A DNA stretch of 52,764 nt from a candidate division WOR-3 bacterium (GCA_039802265.1 JBDRWI010000007.1:1-52764), one strand, 5' to 3'. Positions 10,689-19,800 are shown, counted from the stretch's first letter. The notes: generated by a model not told the origin, from the sequence alone. Program-made: numbers and translations.

Positions 10689-10768
10689 TGCGAGGAGGGG
10701 GAGTTGAACCCCCACCCATAAGGACTGGATCCTAAATCCAGCGCGTCTGCCAGTTCCGCCATCCTCGC
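10689..10768 (-). tRNA. tRNA-Leu (anticodon TAG), CCA not encoded
   Basis: Minus strand GCGAGGATGGCGGAACTGGCAGACGCGCTGGATTTAGGATCCAGTCCTTATGGGTGGGGGTTCAACTCCCCCTCCTCGCA: acceptor stem GCGAGGA/TCCTCGC, anticodon stem CTGGA/TCCAG around TTTAGGA, 11-nt variable region, T-arm GGGGG-TTCAACT-CCCCC, discriminator A. Confidence 0.96.
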
Positions 10769-10792
10769 TTTAAGTAATGGTCTATCTCTTTA

Positions 10793-10820
10793 ATTATATC
10801 CAGAAAAATTGAAATGTCAA
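10793..10820 (-). promoter_or_regulatory. sigma70-type promoter for the tRNA-Leu/tig/clp operon
   Basis: TTGACA-N16-TATAAT on the minus strand, 24 nt upstream of the tRNA 5' end. Confidence 0.8.
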
Positions 10821-10882
10821 CAAATTTGAATCCCGAATCATCTTTATTTAAAATCAAATGTGGCACTCTAAAAAGCCCACAA

Positions 10883-10910
10883 TTGACATATTTCTTTTTC
10901 TGGCTAAAAT
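10883..10910 (+). promoter_or_regulatory. sigma70-type promoter of recR, probably leaderless
   Basis: TTGACA-N16-TAAAAT; ATG 5 nt after the -10 box; no SD. Confidence 0.72.
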
Positions 10911-10915
10911 TGTTT

Positions 10916-11503
10916 ATGTCACTTCTTGAGGACTTGATTGAAAAACTCCAGTGGCTACCTGGTGTGGGTAGGAAATCTGCCCAGCGTATAGCATTCTTTC
11001 TTTTGAAGATGGAGGAGTCAAAGGTTAGAGAGTTGACTGAGGCAATCTTAAGGTCGCGCCTTGAATTGCGGGAGTGTTCACAGTGTCACAATCTTGGTGA
11101 GAAGGATCCCTGTGCGATATGTTCCAATCCAGCCCGGGAACAGGACCGGATTTGTGTTGTCGAGCAACCTTCAGATGTAATGATAATTGAGCGTCTCGGC
11201 ACGTACCATGGCCTTTATCATATTCTGCACGGAGTCATATCACCGATCGACAACATTGGTCCGGATAGTCTTAGAATTAATACCTTGATTGAACGGGTAA
11301 GGTCCAGAAAGATAAGAGAGGTTATAATTGCCACCAACCCTACCACCGAGGGGGATATTACTGCCCTTTATATTGCCAGACTGATAAAACCGTTAGGAAT
11401 AGCCGTGACCAGGATTGCCCGCGGACTGCCTATGGGTAGTGACCTTGACCTTGCTGATGAGACAACAATCCAGAGGGCACTGGAAGGGAGGGGAGAACTA
11501 TAA
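10916..11503 (+). CDS. recR: Recombination mediator RecR
   Basis: LPGVGRKSAQRIAF, C4 zinc finger, ICVVE, IIATNPTTEGD, RIARGLPMG. Start moved to ATG 10916 because the longer ORF runs through the promoter. Confidence 0.96.
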   Translation: MSLLEDLIEKLQWLPGVGRKSAQRIAFFLLKMEESKVRELTEAILRSRLELRECSQCHNLGEKDPCAICSNPAREQDRICVVEQPSDVMIIERLGTYHGLYHILHGVISPIDNIGPDSLRINTLIERVRSRKIREVIIATNPTTEGDITALYIARLIKPLGIAVTRIARGLPMGSDLDLADETTIQRALEGRGEL

Positions 11504-11551
11504 GGATTTTGCTTTATCTTTATTTTTCAAACCGGACATAACCTTCTTATC

Positions 11552-11579
11552 TTGACTGTTGTCTAAAAATAGATATAAT
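11552..11579 (+). promoter_or_regulatory. sigma70-type promoter of yajC
   Basis: TTGACT-N16-TATAAT, followed by AAGGAG RBS. Confidence 0.72.
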
Positions 11580-11606
11580 TAACAGGGATAAAGTAAAGGA
11601 GAGAAG

Positions 11607-11924
11607 ATGAATCTTCTATTTGCGGATGCACCAACAACCGGGCAATCGGGTAATCCCTTGTTAAACCTTCTACCGCTGTTGTTGATTTTTGTTGTCTTTT
11701 ATTTTCTTTTGATTTTACCCCAGCAAAGGCGACAGAAACAGCATCAGCAGTTTTTAAGTAGTTTAAAAAAGGGAGACAGGGTGGTAACCTCAAGCGGGAT
11801 ATACGGAACAGTTGCCAATATCAAAGATAATGTAATTTCCCTGGTGATTGCCGATGGAGTGAAGGTAGATATTGAAAAAGGGCATATCTTGAACAGGGTT
11901 GAATCTATTCCCAAAGAGGAATAG
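11607..11924 (+). CDS. yajC: Preprotein translocase subunit YajC
   Basis: Single TM then FYFLLILPQQRRQK...LKKGDRVVTSSGIYGTV. Confidence 0.95.
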   Translation: MNLLFADAPTTGQSGNPLLNLLPLLLIFVVFYFLLILPQQRRQKQHQQFLSSLKKGDRVVTSSGIYGTVANIKDNVISLVIADGVKVDIEKGHILNRVESIPKEE

Positions 11925-12012
11925 ATTGAGAATTTTTCGTAAAAAACCTCTTAATGAACCTTGTTGATAAAATAAATTGATGGGTTGTAAAAATCGTCAG
12001 TGAATAAAAAAG

Positions 12013-12537
12013 ATGGAGATAGTTAAGTATCCGCGAGAGATTCTGAGGGAAAAAGCAAAGCCGATTGAAAAAATATCCGATTCAATTTTTGAACTCGCCG
12101 ATTCAATGATATCAATAATGCTGGAAAATAAAGGAATTGGACTTGCCGCAAATCAGGTTGGTAAATTATATAGACTCTTCGTTATCAACCTTAATCCCTT
12201 TGAAGATAAACCAGAATTGCTAGCGGTCATAAATCCCAAGATAATTGACCGTGAAGGTATGGATGTAGATGAAGAGGGGTGCCTCAGTTTCCCCGGACTT
12301 TACCTGAACATTCCCCGGGCAAAAAAAATTCGCCTCCATATGCAAAATCTGTATAATGAAAAGATGGTTCTTGATACTGAAGGAATTGTAGCAAGGGCAA
12401 TCCAGCACGAGATTGACCATCTTGATGGTGTCTTATTTATTGACTATGTATCGGAAGAGGAAAAGCCAAAGTTGAAGCGATATCTTGATGATTTAAAGAC
12501 AATGAATAACTCCAATTTAAAAGCAAACAACCTATGA
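12013..12537 (+). CDS. def: Peptide deformylase
   Basis: GIGLAANQVG, EGCLS, QHEIDHLDG. Confidence 0.97.
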   Translation: MEIVKYPREILREKAKPIEKISDSIFELADSMISIMLENKGIGLAANQVGKLYRLFVINLNPFEDKPELLAVINPKIIDREGMDVDEEGCLSFPGLYLNIPRAKKIRLHMQNLYNEKMVLDTEGIVARAIQHEIDHLDGVLFIDYVSEEEKPKLKRYLDDLKTMNNSNLKANNL

Positions 12538-13463
12538 GAATCATCTTCTTTGGTTCAACCGAATTTTCGCTACCCATTGTGCAAGAGATAAATAAAGAAT
12601 TTACCCTGCTGGGTGTTGTAGTAACCAAACCAAGGCCCAAGGGAAGGGGACTGAAGATAATGACTCCCCCGGTGGGAGTGTGGGCAGAATCTATGGGGAT
12701 AAGTGTTTATGCCCCCGAATCTCCCGATGAAGCATCTTTTATTAATTTAATAAGAGAACTTAAGTCTGATCTATTTGTCCTTTCTGCCTATGGACATATT
12801 TTGAGTAATGAACTATTAAAGATCCCCCGTCTGGGCGGGATAAATATCCATCCTTCACTCCTTCCTAAGTATCGCGGTGCCGCACCGATCCAGCGTGCCC
12901 TTATGAATGGGGAGAAGAAGACAGGAATTACTATCTTCTTTATGGATGAAAAGGTTGACCACGGTAAATTGATTATGCAAAAAGAAGTGGAAATAGGACC
13001 TGATGAAAATTTCGGTGCCCTTTCCAGAAGACTTTCTCTGATTGCTGCCCAGGAGATAAATGGTGTCATCAGGAATATCGCCACGGGAAATTATACGCTA
13101 ATCGAGCAGTGCGAGGAGGAAAAGAGTTATGCCCCGAAGATAAAAAAAGAAGAGACAATAATTGATTGGAACAATTCCACGGAGAAGATTTTTAACCTTA
13201 TCCGTGCACTTTCTCCCCAGCCAGGTGCCCGTACCCGGTTTCGTGGACAGGAGTTGATTATCCTTAATGCCTCAATGAGCGATATAAAAATAGCTCCCGG
13301 GACAATTCATATTGAAGACCATAAATTATATGTTGGAACCGGAAATGGCTCAATCATTCTAAACGAAGTTAAACCTCAGAATCGCAAGGCAATTTCCGGA
13401 AGGGATTTCTTAAATGGTTTTCGTATAAAAGAGGGAGAGAGGTTAAGCTATGAATGCGCGTGA
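12534..13463 (+). CDS. fmt: Methionyl-tRNA formyltransferase
   Basis: RIIFFGS, INIHPSLLPKYRGAAPIQRA, YAPKI; ATGA overlap with def. Confidence 0.97.
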   Translation: MRIIFFGSTEFSLPIVQEINKEFTLLGVVVTKPRPKGRGLKIMTPPVGVWAESMGISVYAPESPDEASFINLIRELKSDLFVLSAYGHILSNELLKIPRLGGINIHPSLLPKYRGAAPIQRALMNGEKKTGITIFFMDEKVDHGKLIMQKEVEIGPDENFGALSRRLSLIAAQEINGVIRNIATGNYTLIEQCEEEKSYAPKIKKEETIIDWNNSTEKIFNLIRALSPQPGARTRFRGQELIILNASMSDIKIAPGTIHIEDHKLYVGTGNGSIILNEVKPQNRKAISGRDFLNGFRIKEGERLSYECA

Positions 13464-14703
13464 GGCATCTTTAAATGCCCTTTGTGAGGTTGATGAAGGA
13501 GTAAATCTAAAACTCGCGCTCGGTAAGATATTTGAACGCGATGAGCTATCTGAGGAGGACCGTGCCTTGGCAAATGAAATTGCATTTGGAACACTGAGAC
13601 ACCGGGAAGAGATTGACCAGATTATAAAGAGCACATTTATTGGCGACTTTAACTCCACCGACCCGGTAATAAAAAATATCTTAAGGGTTGCAGTTTATCA
13701 ATACCTCTTTTTAGACCGCATTCCGGTATATGCCATAGTCAACGAGGCCGTAAATTTAGGTCGGAATGTAAAGGAGAAGGCATTGATCAATGCGGTCTTA
13801 AGGGGGGTGATAAAAAATAAGAAATTACAGGCAGTACGCGAACCCAAGGTTTGGGTTTTGCGGAAGATTATGGAGGCGTATCAAGTTGAGGGTGAACGGA
13901 TAATTGAATCGTTTAAAAATAGGCCGGTCCCTTATATCAGAATAAATGCCCTGCGCGGTAATGACTCTGTTTTAAAGGAACTTGCCGAATCCAATATTGA
14001 ATTAAAACCAGGCAACTGGCTCAGTGAATTTAGATGTGTCAGCCGGCTGGGTAATCTTATCAATCATCCCCTCTTAAGACAGGGCTTTATCTCTATTCAG
14101 GATGAGGCCCAGGGACTTGTCTGCCGGCTCGTTGACCCCAAACCCGGCGAAAAAATTGTGGATTTGTGTGCGGCACCCGGTAACAAAACAACCTATCTGG
14201 CCGAACTGATGAAGAATCAGGGTTTGATTGTTGCCGTGGATGTGAGTCACCAGCGGTTGCGATTGGTAGCCGAGAATGCAATCAGGCTCGGGATAAAAAT
14301 TATCAATTATGTACTTGCCGACGGTAGAAGATTCTATTTTGAAGGTTTTGACAAGATACTCGTTGATGCGCCCTGTAGTAATTCAGGTGTAATTGCCAAA
14401 AGACCCGAGGTAAAGGAGCGGGTCAATAAAAGGGTTATTTCAAGACTCCATAATTTGCAGTGCGACTTGCTTGAGAATGCGGCAAAATTTTTAAAACCAA
14501 AGGGTGTTTTAGTCTACTCAACCTGCAGTATTCTACCCAAGGAGAATGAAGAGGTGATTAGAAAATTCCTTGCCAATCATAAAGATTTTGAACTCGAAGA
14601 GGCAAGAAACTACCTACCCATGGCTGATCAGTATCTAAAGATCCTGCCCGGCTTTTATAATACGGATGGGGTCTTTGCGGCAAGATTGAAGAAAATCTCA
14701 TAA
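13450..14703 (+). CDS. rsmB: 16S rRNA m5C967 methyltransferase RsmB (NusB-like plus MTase)
   Basis: N-terminal NusB-like region (YAIVNEAV); QDEA, DLCAAPGNKT, LVDAPCS, YSTCSI; def-fmt-rsmB order. Confidence 0.93.
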   Translation: MNAREASLNALCEVDEGVNLKLALGKIFERDELSEEDRALANEIAFGTLRHREEIDQIIKSTFIGDFNSTDPVIKNILRVAVYQYLFLDRIPVYAIVNEAVNLGRNVKEKALINAVLRGVIKNKKLQAVREPKVWVLRKIMEAYQVEGERIIESFKNRPVPYIRINALRGNDSVLKELAESNIELKPGNWLSEFRCVSRLGNLINHPLLRQGFISIQDEAQGLVCRLVDPKPGEKIVDLCAAPGNKTTYLAELMKNQGLIVAVDVSHQRLRLVAENAIRLGIKIINYVLADGRRFYFEGFDKILVDAPCSNSGVIAKRPEVKERVNKRVISRLHNLQCDLLENAAKFLKPKGVLVYSTCSILPKENEEVIRKFLANHKDFELEEARNYLPMADQYLKILPGFYNTDGVFAARLKKIS

Positions 14704-14877
14704 CACACCATCTCCCCAAATTGATTAATGAAGGTTTTCAGGCGAAAAACGCCATTGACTGAAAATAAATCTTCTGTAAAAAGTGCCACGATTATGAATA
14801 GAGAGAATAAAGGCAGCGGACTCGCAGATTCCCACCCACAGCGACTGATAATTTCTTATTCTCTAAATTAACTATGA

Positions 14878-14905
14878 TTGACATTCAGTAATATTTTTGT
14901 ATAAT
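14878..14905 (+). promoter_or_regulatory. sigma70-type promoter of the PAS-GGDEF gene (very short leader)
   Basis: TTGACA-N16-TATAAT; ATG 10 nt after -10; no SD. Confidence 0.75.
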
Positions 14906-14915
14906 CTTGTAAACG

Positions 14916-16268
14916 ATGAAGGATAAAAATAACCTTAAAAAATCTAAGGCCGGGTTGCTTAAATTAATTTCAAGATTGAAGAACAAAATCAAAGAATTAC
15001 AGGAAAAGGTCAATAACTATAAAGTTTTGAACCGGGCAGTATTTGAGCATGCCCCGGTAGGCGTTACTCTCCGTTTGAATTCCGGAGAGCTTGTCTTGTA
15101 TAATAAAGCCTGGAAAAGAATCTGGAATCTGAGCCGTCAAAAGATAATTGAAAATGAAAAAAAATGTAAGGGATGGAATGTTTATAAGCGCTACCCCTAT
15201 TTGAAAGAATACGCACCAAAGGTTCAGAAAATATTTGATAAGGGCGGTGAAATATTCATACCGGAGATAAATGTCGTTAACCATCGGACAAAGTTCGATA
15301 AATGGATCTCCCAGCATTACTATGCATTGTTGAACAAAGAGGGAAGAGTGGAACATGTGGTGACCATTACCCAGGATATCACCCAGCAAAAAAAGACCCA
15401 GCTTGCGCTTCAGGAAAGTGAAGAAAAATTCCGGACAATTATCAACAATGTGAACCTTGGTGTTTACCGTTCAACCGCCAAATCACCCGGCTATTTTCTT
15501 CAGGTAAATCCGGCTTTTTTAAAAATGTTCGGCTATAATTCAATGAGGCAGATTTCTAAAGTTCAGGTAGAGAGGTTTTATAAAGACTCCCGCGAGCGGA
15601 GGCAGTTTTTAAATGACCTGATAAAAAACGGCGAGGTGCGGGATCGCGAGATAGAGATGAAAAGAAAAGATGGGTCGACCTTCTGGGCTTCAATTTATGC
15701 GAAGGCACATTTCGATGAAAAGGGAAGAATCAAGTGGATAGATGGTGTTGTTGAAGATGTAACGGAAAAGAAACGCATAACCACAACCTTACAGGCACTT
15801 TCATTTACCGACGAATTAACAGGACTTTATAACCGAAGAGGATTTATGACCCTCGTGGAATACCAGATAAGAATTGCCCAGAGATTGAAGAAATCGTTAC
15901 TTTTATTATTCATCGATATGGATAATCTAAAAGCAATAAATGATAGATTCGGGCATCCAATGGGAGACCAGGCATTGATACATACAACAATGATCCTAAA
16001 GAAGACATTCAGGGGTTCAGATATCATAGCCCGTATCGGTGGAGATGAATTTCTTGTCCTTTCTTTGGAGACAAAAAAGAAAGGGCAGTATTGTTATGAA
16101 CGGCTGAAAAAAAACCTCAATGCATTCAATAGATCTGGACTTTTACCATTCAAGATTTCTTTGAGTGCCGGTTGGTCTTATTATAATCCCCAGAAGCCAG
16201 TTTCCATTACATATTTGTTAAAAAGTGCGGACCGAATGATGTATCGACACAAACAAAATAAAAAGTGA
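14916..16268 (+). CDS. PAS-PAS-GGDEF diguanylate cyclase
   Basis: Two PAS/PAC units (VFEHAPVG...QDITQQK; VNPAFLKMFGY...RKDGSTFW...EDVTEKK); TDELTGLYNRR; RGSDIIARIGGDEF with RxxD I-site. Confidence 0.93.
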   Translation: MKDKNNLKKSKAGLLKLISRLKNKIKELQEKVNNYKVLNRAVFEHAPVGVTLRLNSGELVLYNKAWKRIWNLSRQKIIENEKKCKGWNVYKRYPYLKEYAPKVQKIFDKGGEIFIPEINVVNHRTKFDKWISQHYYALLNKEGRVEHVVTITQDITQQKKTQLALQESEEKFRTIINNVNLGVYRSTAKSPGYFLQVNPAFLKMFGYNSMRQISKVQVERFYKDSRERRQFLNDLIKNGEVRDREIEMKRKDGSTFWASIYAKAHFDEKGRIKWIDGVVEDVTEKKRITTTLQALSFTDELTGLYNRRGFMTLVEYQIRIAQRLKKSLLLLFIDMDNLKAINDRFGHPMGDQALIHTTMILKKTFRGSDIIARIGGDEFLVLSLETKKKGQYCYERLKKNLNAFNRSGLLPFKISLSAGWSYYNPQKPVSITYLLKSADRMMYRHKQNKK

Positions 16269-16280
16269 GTTATAAGAGAG

Positions 16281-16308
16281 TTGACTTTTGGGCTATTCTC
16301 GTTATAAT
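16281..16308 (+). promoter_or_regulatory. sigma70-type promoter of the SurA/PpiD-like gene
   Basis: TTGACT-N16-TATAAT, then GGAGG RBS before ATG 16333. Confidence 0.75.
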
Positions 16309-16332
16309 AGCCCTTATGCGACGGAGGCAAAG

Positions 16333-18036
16333 ATGATGCAGAATCTCAGGCGCCAGACAAGGCTTATCCTCTTTATCGTCGTGGCGGCCTTTGCCCTTTT
16401 AATCTTCTTCCAGTGGGGACTGGATGTCACTGGAATCTCCCAGCGCACCGAGACCGATATTGCCAAGATTGAAAATACCACAATATCCTATGTAGAATAT
16501 TTAAGATATGTCCAGGCAAAGGAAAGGGAGAATAAAAACATCAATCGTGAACAGATCTGGCAAAATTTGATTGATGAGGTAATCTGGAATAATTTAATTC
16601 AAAAAGAGAAACTGAGGGCAACTGATGACGAAATCTGGGAGATAATAAAGGCAAATCCCCCAAGGCAGGTCTATGAGTCAGAATATATGAAAAACGAAAA
16701 GGGAGAATTTGATTTCAATAAATATCTTGAACTACTTAAAGCACCCCAGAGCCGGCAATGGTTAATGGAATATGAGATGAACCTGCGCCGGGAATTGCCC
16801 CGGGAGAAACTCCGCTCCCTTATTTCTACAATGGGCTGGTCATCACCCTTTGAAGATAGTATCCTCGTTGCAAAACAGAATGTAATCTATGACCTTGTCT
16901 TTTTGACCCTCCTCCCTTTTCGCCTACGGGGACTGATATCAGTAAATGACAAAGAACTTGAAGAATTTTACGAAAAGCATAAAAAGGATTTTATCACGCC
17001 TGAATCAAAGATATTGAAATATGTCTTCTTTGAGAAGATTCCCTCGCCCCAGGATACCACCGAGGCAAAAGAAAGGCTTGAGGATTTTCTGCTCCGAATA
17101 AAAGAAGGCGAGGATTTTTTAAAAGTTGCCCGTGAGGTCTCTGACGACACTACTATCGAAGTAAATTTTAAGAATGAGGATGAACTATTAGCCTATAGAA
17201 AAGAAGTATATAAAAAATTGTCGGATGGGCAGATTTCCGAGATATATCTCGTGCCTGATGGTTTTGAGTTGCTAAAAAAGATTCATAAAGGGCTTATCTA
17301 TGTGGTAAAGGCAAGGATTGATGTTTCACCCACAACACTCGGCGAGATACAGGACAGGATTGAATCATTCAAGGAATCGGCAAAGGAGACTGGATTTGAT
17401 TCAACCGCCACTGAATTTGGCTTACTTGTGCGTAAGACAACGCCCTTAAATCCTGAACGGGTAAATTTCCCAGTGCGCAATCCAGAGGCACTGGGAAAAT
17501 CTCTGTCCCAGCATAATAAAAAGGGTGAGATATTTGGTCCTTTGAGCAGTTTTGGTGGTTATTACCTATTCTGCGTAGATTCAATAATTCCCAAGAAGGT
17601 TTTCAATCTTGCGGAGAACCGGCAGATGATTCAAGCCAGGTTTGAAAGGGAAAGATTGAAGACAATCGCCAGGGAATATCTGAATGAGGCATATCAGAAG
17701 ATAACCACGGGAACGACCATGGAACAGATAGCAGGTGTGGATACCTTTTTCCAGATAAACGAGTTAAAGGGAATAAATCTCTTTCAGCTTGAGGCACAGT
17801 ATGGGCCAGAGTTTGCCGGCTGTGTTAGTCAATTAGAGGCAAATCAAATCTCCCGACCGTTGATTACTGAGTGGTCCGGATATATCATAAGGTGTGAGAG
17901 AAAAGAAACCCTGCCGGTGGATTCTACAGTATATCGCCAAATAACGGCATTAAGACAACGCAGACTTCAGAATTTGAGTCAATTACTCTTTACCCCCAAG
18001 AAGATTGTTGATAACCGGGATAGATTCTTTGAGTAA
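16333..18036 (+). CDS. PpiD/SurA N-terminal-domain membrane-anchored periplasmic chaperone (parvulin-like)
   Basis: MMQNLRRQTRLILFIVVAAF N-terminal anchor; SurA_N-like ATDDEIWE...GEFDFNKY; parvulin-like GEDFLKVAREVSDD and QISRPL...GYIIR. Start moved to ATG 16333. Confidence 0.82.
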   Translation: MMQNLRRQTRLILFIVVAAFALLIFFQWGLDVTGISQRTETDIAKIENTTISYVEYLRYVQAKERENKNINREQIWQNLIDEVIWNNLIQKEKLRATDDEIWEIIKANPPRQVYESEYMKNEKGEFDFNKYLELLKAPQSRQWLMEYEMNLRRELPREKLRSLISTMGWSSPFEDSILVAKQNVIYDLVFLTLLPFRLRGLISVNDKELEEFYEKHKKDFITPESKILKYVFFEKIPSPQDTTEAKERLEDFLLRIKEGEDFLKVAREVSDDTTIEVNFKNEDELLAYRKEVYKKLSDGQISEIYLVPDGFELLKKIHKGLIYVVKARIDVSPTTLGEIQDRIESFKESAKETGFDSTATEFGLLVRKTTPLNPERVNFPVRNPEALGKSLSQHNKKGEIFGPLSSFGGYYLFCVDSIIPKKVFNLAENRQMIQARFERERLKTIAREYLNEAYQKITTGTTMEQIAGVDTFFQINELKGINLFQLEAQYGPEFAGCVSQLEANQISRPLITEWSGYIIRCERKETLPVDSTVYRQITALRQRRLQNLSQLLFTPKKIVDNRDRFFE

Positions 18037-18264
18037 AAGACCTAGACGCTTCCACCCTTATCTCATTTTTAAGGTAGATGGTAAGGGTGAGGGTTGAGAT
18101 TGTAGCGCCAGAATTCATTCGGACAAAAGAAATCTTCCCGCGATGCGGGGAAGGGGTGATAATACTTATTACTCATCAATGCTTGGGCGTTTCTGCAAAC
18201 ACCCAACACCTTTTCACTTTTTCGCAAAAGTAAAAAATTGAGGGTTTAAAGAAAGGGGGACAAA

Positions 18265-19737
18265 ATGGCTAATCAAACCTGTAGCCGGTTAAAGAGAATA
18301 GGGATGGTTAAGGGCTTTCTGATTTTGTCTTTTGCCCTTTTGTGCATCCCGCGGACAGTATCTGCCCTAGATAATGAGATTTCCAAGCAGCATGTTGAGA
18401 CACCATTTAATGTGCGTGAGGTTATTGAAAAGGTTACCTATAATCAGATGAGGACTGGTGAATTTCTTATTGATACAAATATTGTCTATGTGCCCGAACC
18501 AGATATGCAACACACTCCTTCTGTTGCCTTTGATGGCACCAATTATCTCGTGGTATGGGAGGACGGTCGCAATAGCTCTTTTGACATCTATGGCGCCCGT
18601 GTTGCCCAGAATGGCACGGTGCTTGACCCTTCAGGCATAGCCATATCAACTGCAGCAAATACCCAAGAGTATCCATCCGTTGCTTTTGATGGTACCAATT
18701 ATCTCGTGGTATGGCACGATGCACGCAGTTACTCTACTGTTGACATCTATGGTACCCGAGTCGCTCAGAATGGCACAGTGCTTGACCCGTCAGGAATCCC
18801 AATTTCAACCGCAGCAAATGACCAAAAGCATCCTTCGGTTGCCTTTGATGGCACCAATTATCTGGTGGTATGGGAGGACGGTCGTAATGGGCCTGCTGAC
18901 ATCTATGGTGCCCGAGTTAGTACAAGTGGCACAGTGTTTGACCCACAAGGAATCCCAATCTCAACAGTCCAATATTACGATCAAGTCTCTCCTTCTGTTG
19001 CCTTTGATGGTACAAACTATCTGGTGGTATGGCATGATTCTCGCAGCAGCATTTTTGATGACATTTATGGTGCGAGAGTCGCCCAGAATGGTACAGTCCT
19101 TGACCCGTCAGGGATAGCCATATCCTCAGCGTACAATTACCAACTTTCTCCTTCTGTTGCCTTTGATGGCACAAACTATCTGGTGGTATGGCATGATTCT
19201 CGCAGTGGTTCAGGTTACTCTGACATCTATGGTGCACGGGTGAACCCATCAGGTATGGTTATTGACTCTTTTGCGGTGTCTATCCAGGCAGATAGCCAGA
19301 TTACACCAGCATTAGCACACGGACAGGGGAATCAACTGCTGATAGTCTATTCTGGATTTATTGACTATATCAATAACCATCCTGCAAATACAATGCGGAT
19401 ATGGGGCAAGTTCTATCCATTTACTGGTATTGAAGAAGGTGAAGCGTGGAAGGTTAATGATGAAAGATTCAAACTTGAGGTCTTTCCAAATCCATTTTAT
19501 TCTTCAGTCCAAATCAAATATGCTCTTGAGAAATCCAGTGGTGTTACACTGAAAATTTATAATGTTGCCGGTGAATGTGTAAAGATACTTATGAATGCCA
19601 AACAAAATGCTGGCGTTTATGAAATCAACTGGGATGGCAGAGACGATAAAAAAAGAAAACTTCCTAAAGGCATCTATTTTTTGCGAATGGAGACCGAGAC
19701 CTATATTACAACAGAAAAGATGGTTCTTTTGCATTAA
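18265..19737 (+). CDS. Secreted repeat (beta-propeller-like) protein with FlgD-Ig/T9SS type A C-terminal sorting domain
   Basis: Signal peptide ending TVSA; five ~53-aa repeats PSVAFDGTNYLVVWxDxR...DIYGARV...GTVLDPxGIxIS; C-terminus VFPNPF...LKIYNVAGE...WDGRD...GIYFLR...KMVLL. Confidence 0.85.
   Translation: MANQTCSRLKRIGMVKGFLILSFALLCIPRTVSALDNEISKQHVETPFNVREVIEKVTYNQMRTGEFLIDTNIVYVPEPDMQHTPSVAFDGTNYLVVWEDGRNSSFDIYGARVAQNGTVLDPSGIAISTAANTQEYPSVAFDGTNYLVVWHDARSYSTVDIYGTRVAQNGTVLDPSGIPISTAANDQKHPSVAFDGTNYLVVWEDGRNGPADIYGARVSTSGTVFDPQGIPISTVQYYDQVSPSVAFDGTNYLVVWHDSRSSIFDDIYGARVAQNGTVLDPSGIAISSAYNYQLSPSVAFDGTNYLVVWHDSRSGSGYSDIYGARVNPSGMVIDSFAVSIQADSQITPALAHGQGNQLLIVYSGFIDYINNHPANTMRIWGKFYPFTGIEEGEAWKVNDERFKLEVFPNPFYSSVQIKYALEKSSGVTLKIYNVAGECVKILMNAKQNAGVYEINWDGRDDKKRKLPKGIYFLRMETETYITTEKMVLLH
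18515..19250 (+). repeat. Intragenic tandem repeats, ~159-165 bp x5
   Basis: Recurrent cc(t/a)tc.gttgc.tttgatgg.ac.aa.tatct.gtggtatgg core, in frame with the protein repeats. Confidence 0.9.
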
Positions 19738-19800
19738 TAAAAGTTGCTGGTGAGTGGATTTTAGTCCGCCTATCAAAATTTTGAAATTTGTAATCTTTAA

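Noticed and set aside
10660..10770. tRNA-Leu as an integration site of a genomic island
   Set aside because: Flanked by core genes (tig, recR); no integrase and no duplicated tRNA 3' end were seen.
10814..10915. Long N-terminal extensions in the ORF track (recR; also ORF starts 5134, 16288, 25788, 29714, 49158, 49515)
   Set aside because: The extensions run through promoter boxes or lie upstream of clear SD sequences; downstream starts fit the protein families better.
11925..12012. Possible repeat-end remnant TTGATGGGTTGTAAAAATCG resembling TTGACGAACTCCACAAAA near 2130
   Set aside because: The similarity is too short and AT-rich to support, and no inverted partner was found.
18458..19249. 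Alternative-frame and antisense ORFs with repeated motifs
   Set aside because: By-products of the tandem repeats in the main CDS.
18515..19250. Possible CRISPR array or DGR template/variable repeats
   Set aside because: These are protein-coding repeats; differences are not adenine-specific and there is no reverse transcriptase in the window.
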